DNA of 64,000 bases, taken from Camelus ferus. Taxonomy: Eukaryota. Positions within the stretch are counted from its first letter, which is position 1. Every line of letters begins with the position of its first letter. The translations under genes were made by a program, and so were the position numbers. The stretch lies in the NCBI RefSeq assembly GCF_009834535.1, contig NC_045730.1, forward strand, positions 2,294,001 to 2,358,000, in the 5' to 3' direction. Positions 59,296 through 64,000 of this stretch are shown piece by piece. The notes below the pieces were generated by a model, which ran no database searches, was not told where the DNA came from, and saw nothing but the letters and a program-made list of their open reading frames with translations.

Positions 59296-60849
59296 CTGTG
59301 AATCAGACGTTTCATTTTCCATTTTAAAATAGATGTTTCATGTTGTTTCTAGAAAATGGTTAAAGTAAATTGTTATAGATCAATTATTCCAATTTGCATT
59401 TCAGATTTTATGTTTCCATTAAAGCTGCAGCTTAGGATGGGATCTCTTCACAAATCTTTAGTTTAAAAACAAATTTCAAAATAAGAATTTCCCAGTGCTT
59501 ATTTATTGTAGGATATTTGGAAAATGCAGAAAAATGTACAGAACTTTACAAAGCCCAGCCCCACTCTCCGTGCCCAGAGATGAACACCAGGCACGTTCGG
59601 ATGTGTGGAATCTGTGTTAAGAGATGCAGTCCTGTTATTTCCTTTGTCACTGAGGTTTATCGTGTTCTCTGTACCTCCTTCACTCTGAGCTTTCCCATCC
59701 CAGACTCTGGGTCACGTGGGCTTTGGCTAAGAATAATAGTCATGCCAAAATTAACATGCCCCCTCACCTACTATGATTATTTACCATTAGTCTCCGGTCG
59801 GGGAGGGGATGAAAATGGACCTTTTAGAACCAACTTTCCCATCAGCGGATCAAAGGCCTGGCTGAGAAGGGAGAGCCTAGGATGACAGTGTACAGTCTGG
59901 ACAAGCACGTCTCTCAGAGCAGTACCTTCTTTCCTGTGGCTTTCCCTTCTGCGGCTTCTGTGCTTTTCTGAGCATGTTTGACAGCCTTAGTGAGATGGAA
60001 ATCAAAAGCCACCACTGCAAATGATGTTAAGTGCCAGTTGTGATGCGGGTGTCATTTTTATGACTATTTAGGAATATTACTATTATTATTACTGTCAACA
60101 GTAGTGATGGGAGTTGAAGTCAATGAATGTGATTTGAATGTGATTCGAAGTACAGTGGGTTTTGAAGGCTGCTCTTACAAAGAGGAGTGGCTGAGCACAG
60201 ACGCAGGAAACCACCGGCAGCAAAGACTTTGTCACTGACCTATGGATCTTGGTTTTGGAAGCTGCCAGAGTCATTTGTTGTTGAGATCCAGATGAGAAAC
60301 TAGCGTGGAATGACAGCGGACAAGTAGCAGACGGCTTCGCAGTAGCAAACGCTAATATCTTGTGTTGATACATCTTCTGGGAATTCACAACCTTCTCCAG
60401 GCAGAGGGCCAAGAGATAAGCACCAGAGCCTTGAACTAACTAAGACTGAGGATGGGGTGGGCTGTGTGTTTTGAAGTGTGTTTTCCCAGCATACTGAAGG
60501 GCCGTCCTCCCTTGGCCATCGGGAGGTCTATGAGCTGAGTGTGGGGATAGCCCTGGAGGTTGGCACGTAGGTTGGGTTGAGCTCAGCTCTGGCCTGAGGG
60601 CTCCGAGGGAGATGACTTGCTCAGTGCACCATCAGCCCATCTCAGCTCTTGCTGAATTTTGCTGCCATTGGTAGCATAGGAGAGAGATAAACAGACTTCC
60701 TCATCTGCATGTGCTCCTGCCAGCACTGGGATGTGTGGTGATCACTTCTCCCTGGATATGACATTGATCATTTCAAGAGCTTTCATGTATGTGGGATAGG
60801 CTGACACTTTGCAAGGTCTATATGCAATCATGAGATTTTATGGTAACAA

Positions 60850-61292
60850 TGAGGTGGGAAGCCCCATAAAAAAGACCTGCAAGACCCCCAGGCAGGCCCA
60901 CTACTCTCCTGCCAGTTCCCTGGCCCAGAGGCTCTAGCTCACTATTTGCCTCTGAAATGGCTTACTTACCCCTAAAATTCTATTGGTTCCCTGAGCTCAC
61001 TCCTGATTGGTTATTTCTCTCCCTCCTGATTGGTCCATTTCTACAAAGCTTGTTCCTAATTAGTCAACTTTTGTTATACCTCATTTGCATATGATGTTGC
61101 AAAGTGTAAACTGACAGCCTATAAAAGCCTGTGTAAACCTGCAGACGGGGTCCAGAGCTCGGAGTGTTAACTCTTATGGACCTGCTGATGTAATAAACCT
61201 GGGTTCTCCAGCTCTCCGAGCGCTGCTTGGTCGTCTCTTGCCCGGATCCAGGTTGCTGTCACAACTGAGCTATAACACGTTTTTCTGCAACA
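60850..61292 (+). mobile_element. ERV1-type solo LTR, intact termini, 4-bp TSD
   Basis: TG...CA termini; TSD ACAA at 60846-60849 and 61293-61296; three reverse CCAAT boxes (attgg), octamer atttgcat, TATA ctataaaag, poly(A) signal aataaa. Same family as 23530-23984. Confidence 0.93.
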
Positions 61293-63064
61293 ACAAGAGA
61301 AAATTCTCCAGGATGTCTAAGTTTCACCAGCTGCTTATAATGTGACAGTTTTGTGCTTTATCATCAGTGAATATCTGGTTGCTTGAAAGCTTGTTTTTAA
61401 ACAACAAGGCAACACAAATGTAGCTTGAGTTTCTTCAATTTCTGTAGCTTTCATATTTGTTGGCTTATTTACCCTAATGAAAAATGAGTTAGCTTCTTAG
61501 CTCATTTGTTGAATACTTAATGAAATAAGAAGTAGAGATTTGGATAAGTTAATAAACTTAGGGCTTATGTTTTTCAAAGCTAATAATTATTTTCTCATTT
61601 AAAAAAATTATTAGCACCATGCCACGAGGAAAGGAAAGAACAGGAGAATCCATTGGCTTAAAGAAGAAATTATATTAAGTGTCTTCTTGGCCATGTATCA
61701 TGAAGTGACTATAGGCTTTGGATGTGTCTTCAAAAGTAATCCAGCTTTTCCAACTATTTAGGGCAGAAGAGATGTCTATATATTCTTGTGTTGAAGACTC
61801 AAAGTATAGGTTGGCCAGGACTCCCGTATATGAAATTAGAAGGGTACAATGGTCCCACAGCAGTGTCCCAGCACTCGGAGTTTTACCAGTCTTGTCCCTG
61901 ACATAAATTCACTGGTGATGTGTAGAAATCAGTGGCTTTGAAATGTACTCTGGAGGTCTTTACTCCCTCATCTTCCTCCTATAATTGAGACCATTAACAA
62001 TACCACTGCCTTTATCAGGCTTCATTATGATATAAAAGTACATGGAAATGAGAAACGCCTCCATTCATTAGTCTGAGCCTTACCAGTGCTTATAAATCAA
62101 ATAACATCTGGCACCAGGCAATTCAGATCTTTTGGCAAGCATTTTTTGTGCCTTCATGTTTGGCCAGGTTCTAGGCACTGAGGGGGATGTAGAAAGGATG
62201 CAGAAATGTCACTCACACATTTTCCATAGAATTGATGTGACAGGATGAATACGTAACATTTCAAAAATGATGCTTGGTGGGGTGTGATTCAGTGCCAGAA
62301 AACAAGGCATCCATTGAGGCCACGGGCAGCGAGAGAGGGGGTGGGGGATGCACACGGAAAGGGTGGGACCGAGAGAGGCCGGCTGACAGTGGGACAGCCT
62401 GGGCAGAGGACCGGGAGGAGGGGGACCCTGTGCACAGAGCCGCTGCTCTCTCCTGCTCCCGCGGCCCTTCCACTAACCTTCCCTTCAGGCACTCATTCAC
62501 CACGTTGCCAAGCCCGCGGCAGCCTTAGAGGGCAGAACTGAACCAGCTGGTGGAAATGACCAAGAAGCACAATTTAATGATAAATTAACACTTTCTGATA
62601 TTCAGAGTTTCCAAGCGGTGGAAGAGGCTAGCTTGTGAGGTAGGCAACATCACTGGAAGTTCAATAAAAAATTGTCAGGAGAATTTTGGTGACCACACCT
62701 GTGTCTGGTGAGAAACAGACCCCCTGTGATAACTGAGAAACCTCAGACACAGTGTCTTGTAAGATAAGCCTCCACGTTTCCCAACCACACCCAGAGGGGT
62801 CAGGGATTCTGCTCCAGGAATCCAGGGAGGGGCGCCTGTTCTAAGGGACTCCAGGGAACACAAGGGGAAAGGGCAGAGTTTCAGACAAGCTGTCGGCTTT
62901 AAATTGGAGACGACTTGCCCCCCACCCCTGCTCCGCCGGCCCCGTGGTTCCCCTCAAGGGAGGCTGGCACAGTGGTCTCCAAGTCTCGTGAAAATCCTGT
63001 TTCTACGCACGAAAGGAAGTTTGGCTTTGGGGAATAACCAAGGAAGGAGATCTCTGACTATTAC

Positions 63065-63650
63065 GCATTCTTTAAATAAACACTTAGAGGTTATCTGTGA
63101 TGTACCAGGTACTGTGTTAAATGCTGAGACATAAATGCAGATAAAACGCCATTCCTGTTTTCACCAAGAACACACTCTAGGAAAGGAAATGAATGTTTAA
63201 AAATAGTTACAATTTACAGAAGTGAAATTTATGATCATTTTGAAGGTAGGAGGACCATGAAAGAACGTAGCTTCAAAGGGTCATGGAAAGAGTTAAGACA
63301 TTTAAAGGTCTTGGCGAGTGAGAGAAAGAACCTCACCAGCCTTTCAGGAGAAACGGGGATATTCTGGGCGAGGAAGAGGATTTGCAAGGCCCGGAGACGC
63401 GCGACAGACTGGAGCAGGGGCAGGGCCGAGGGGGACGAACGCGGGCGGCGGGCGGTTGCCGAGAAGCCGGCCGGCGGGGCGTGCCGGGTCAGGTGAGGGC
63501 CTTGTTCTCCCGGTGATGGACACACGTTCCAAAGGCCTGTCAGCAGACGCGGTGAGATCTGCGCCGACAGCAGGAGTGGGGGAACGGGAGCATCTTTCGG
63601 GTGAGAACGACGAAGCCGGGCCGGAGGCGGAGAACGAACGCGCAGGTCCG
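63065..63650 (-). mobile_element. L2 3' region whose distal half is CpG-rich
   Basis: cattctttaaataaacactt...gtaccaggtactgtgttaaatgctgagac (L2 tail), continuing through L2 landmarks ggatttgcaaggcc, ctggagcaggg, gtgagggccttgt, gcagacgcggtgagatctg, gggtgagaacgacgaagcc. Confidence 0.65.
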
Positions 63651-63860
63651 GGTGAGGTCTGCGGGGCCCCGCGGACCCGGCCGCCGTCCGGGCCGCACCT
63701 GCTTCTCCGCCCCGCTGGCTGCGCGGAGACGCTCGGCCGGCGGCCGGAGGGCTTGGCCCGGCTGACCGCGCGCCCCTGCGCCGGCGCGCGGCCGGGTCCG
63801 CGGGGCGCCACGCAGGCTGGGCCCGTGGACGCTGCCCTCCTTCGGGTCAGCGTAAGGCTC
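63330..63860 (+). promoter_or_regulatory. CpG island, probable promoter/first exon of a gene running off the right edge
   Basis: Very dense CG and GC boxes; plus-strand donors AGC|GTAAGG (63851/63852) and AAT|GTGAGT (63872/63873) at its right border. Confidence 0.75.
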
Positions 63861-64000
63861 CTGAAGCTTAATGTGAGTAACCCCTGTGTAACTAGGTGGG
63901 GATGACCCAGATGAAGTTGTGAAATCTGGGCCAAGTCCAGTTTCATAAAAACTTCACGTTCAAATACATAGAATCGATCTGGAAACAGGCATGGCCCCCT

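Noticed and set aside
63318-63946. 195-aa and 200-aa ORFs on both strands
   Set aside because: Stop-codon depletion in a CpG island; Arg/Pro/Gly/Ala-rich with no recognisable domain.
1-64000. CRISPR arrays, operons, rRNA, snoRNA/miRNA hairpins, processed pseudogenes
   Set aside because: No spaced direct-repeat array, no rRNA or snRNA text, no properly spaced C/D box pair with a terminal stem and no recognisable mRNA-derived sequence were seen; the DNA is mammalian.

Overview
Mammalian genomic DNA, very probably camelid (camel/alpaca/vicuna): it carries four copies of the tRNA-derived Vic-1-type SINE and several camelid-type L1 3' ends. I cannot recognise any known protein-coding gene, RNA gene or prokaryotic system. 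The supplied ORFs look like chance frames in GC-rich DNA or frames inside repeats. About 14 kb can be assigned by eye to transposable elements: young L1 3' ends with TSDs, old L1M/L2/MIR, MLT1/MLT2, ERV1-type LTRs including two same-family solo LTRs in opposite orientation, MER20/MER3, a hAT transposase fossil and an L1 ORF1/ORF2 fossil. There are two clear CpG islands (about 42.4-43.1 kb and 63.3-63.9 kb) and a weaker one (2.3-3.1 kb). The most interesting leads are: (i) the 63 kb island appears to be an ancient L2 that became CpG-rich; (ii) several short orphan exon candidates with splice signals, coding-like codon use and poly(A) signals, some of which join in frame into 31-75 aa microproteins; (iii) a poly(A)-tailed LTR fragment that looks L1-retroposed; (iv) AT-to-GC drift of old repeats. 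All gene models are low-confidence hypotheses. Repeat family names come from remembered consensus sequences, not from a database search.
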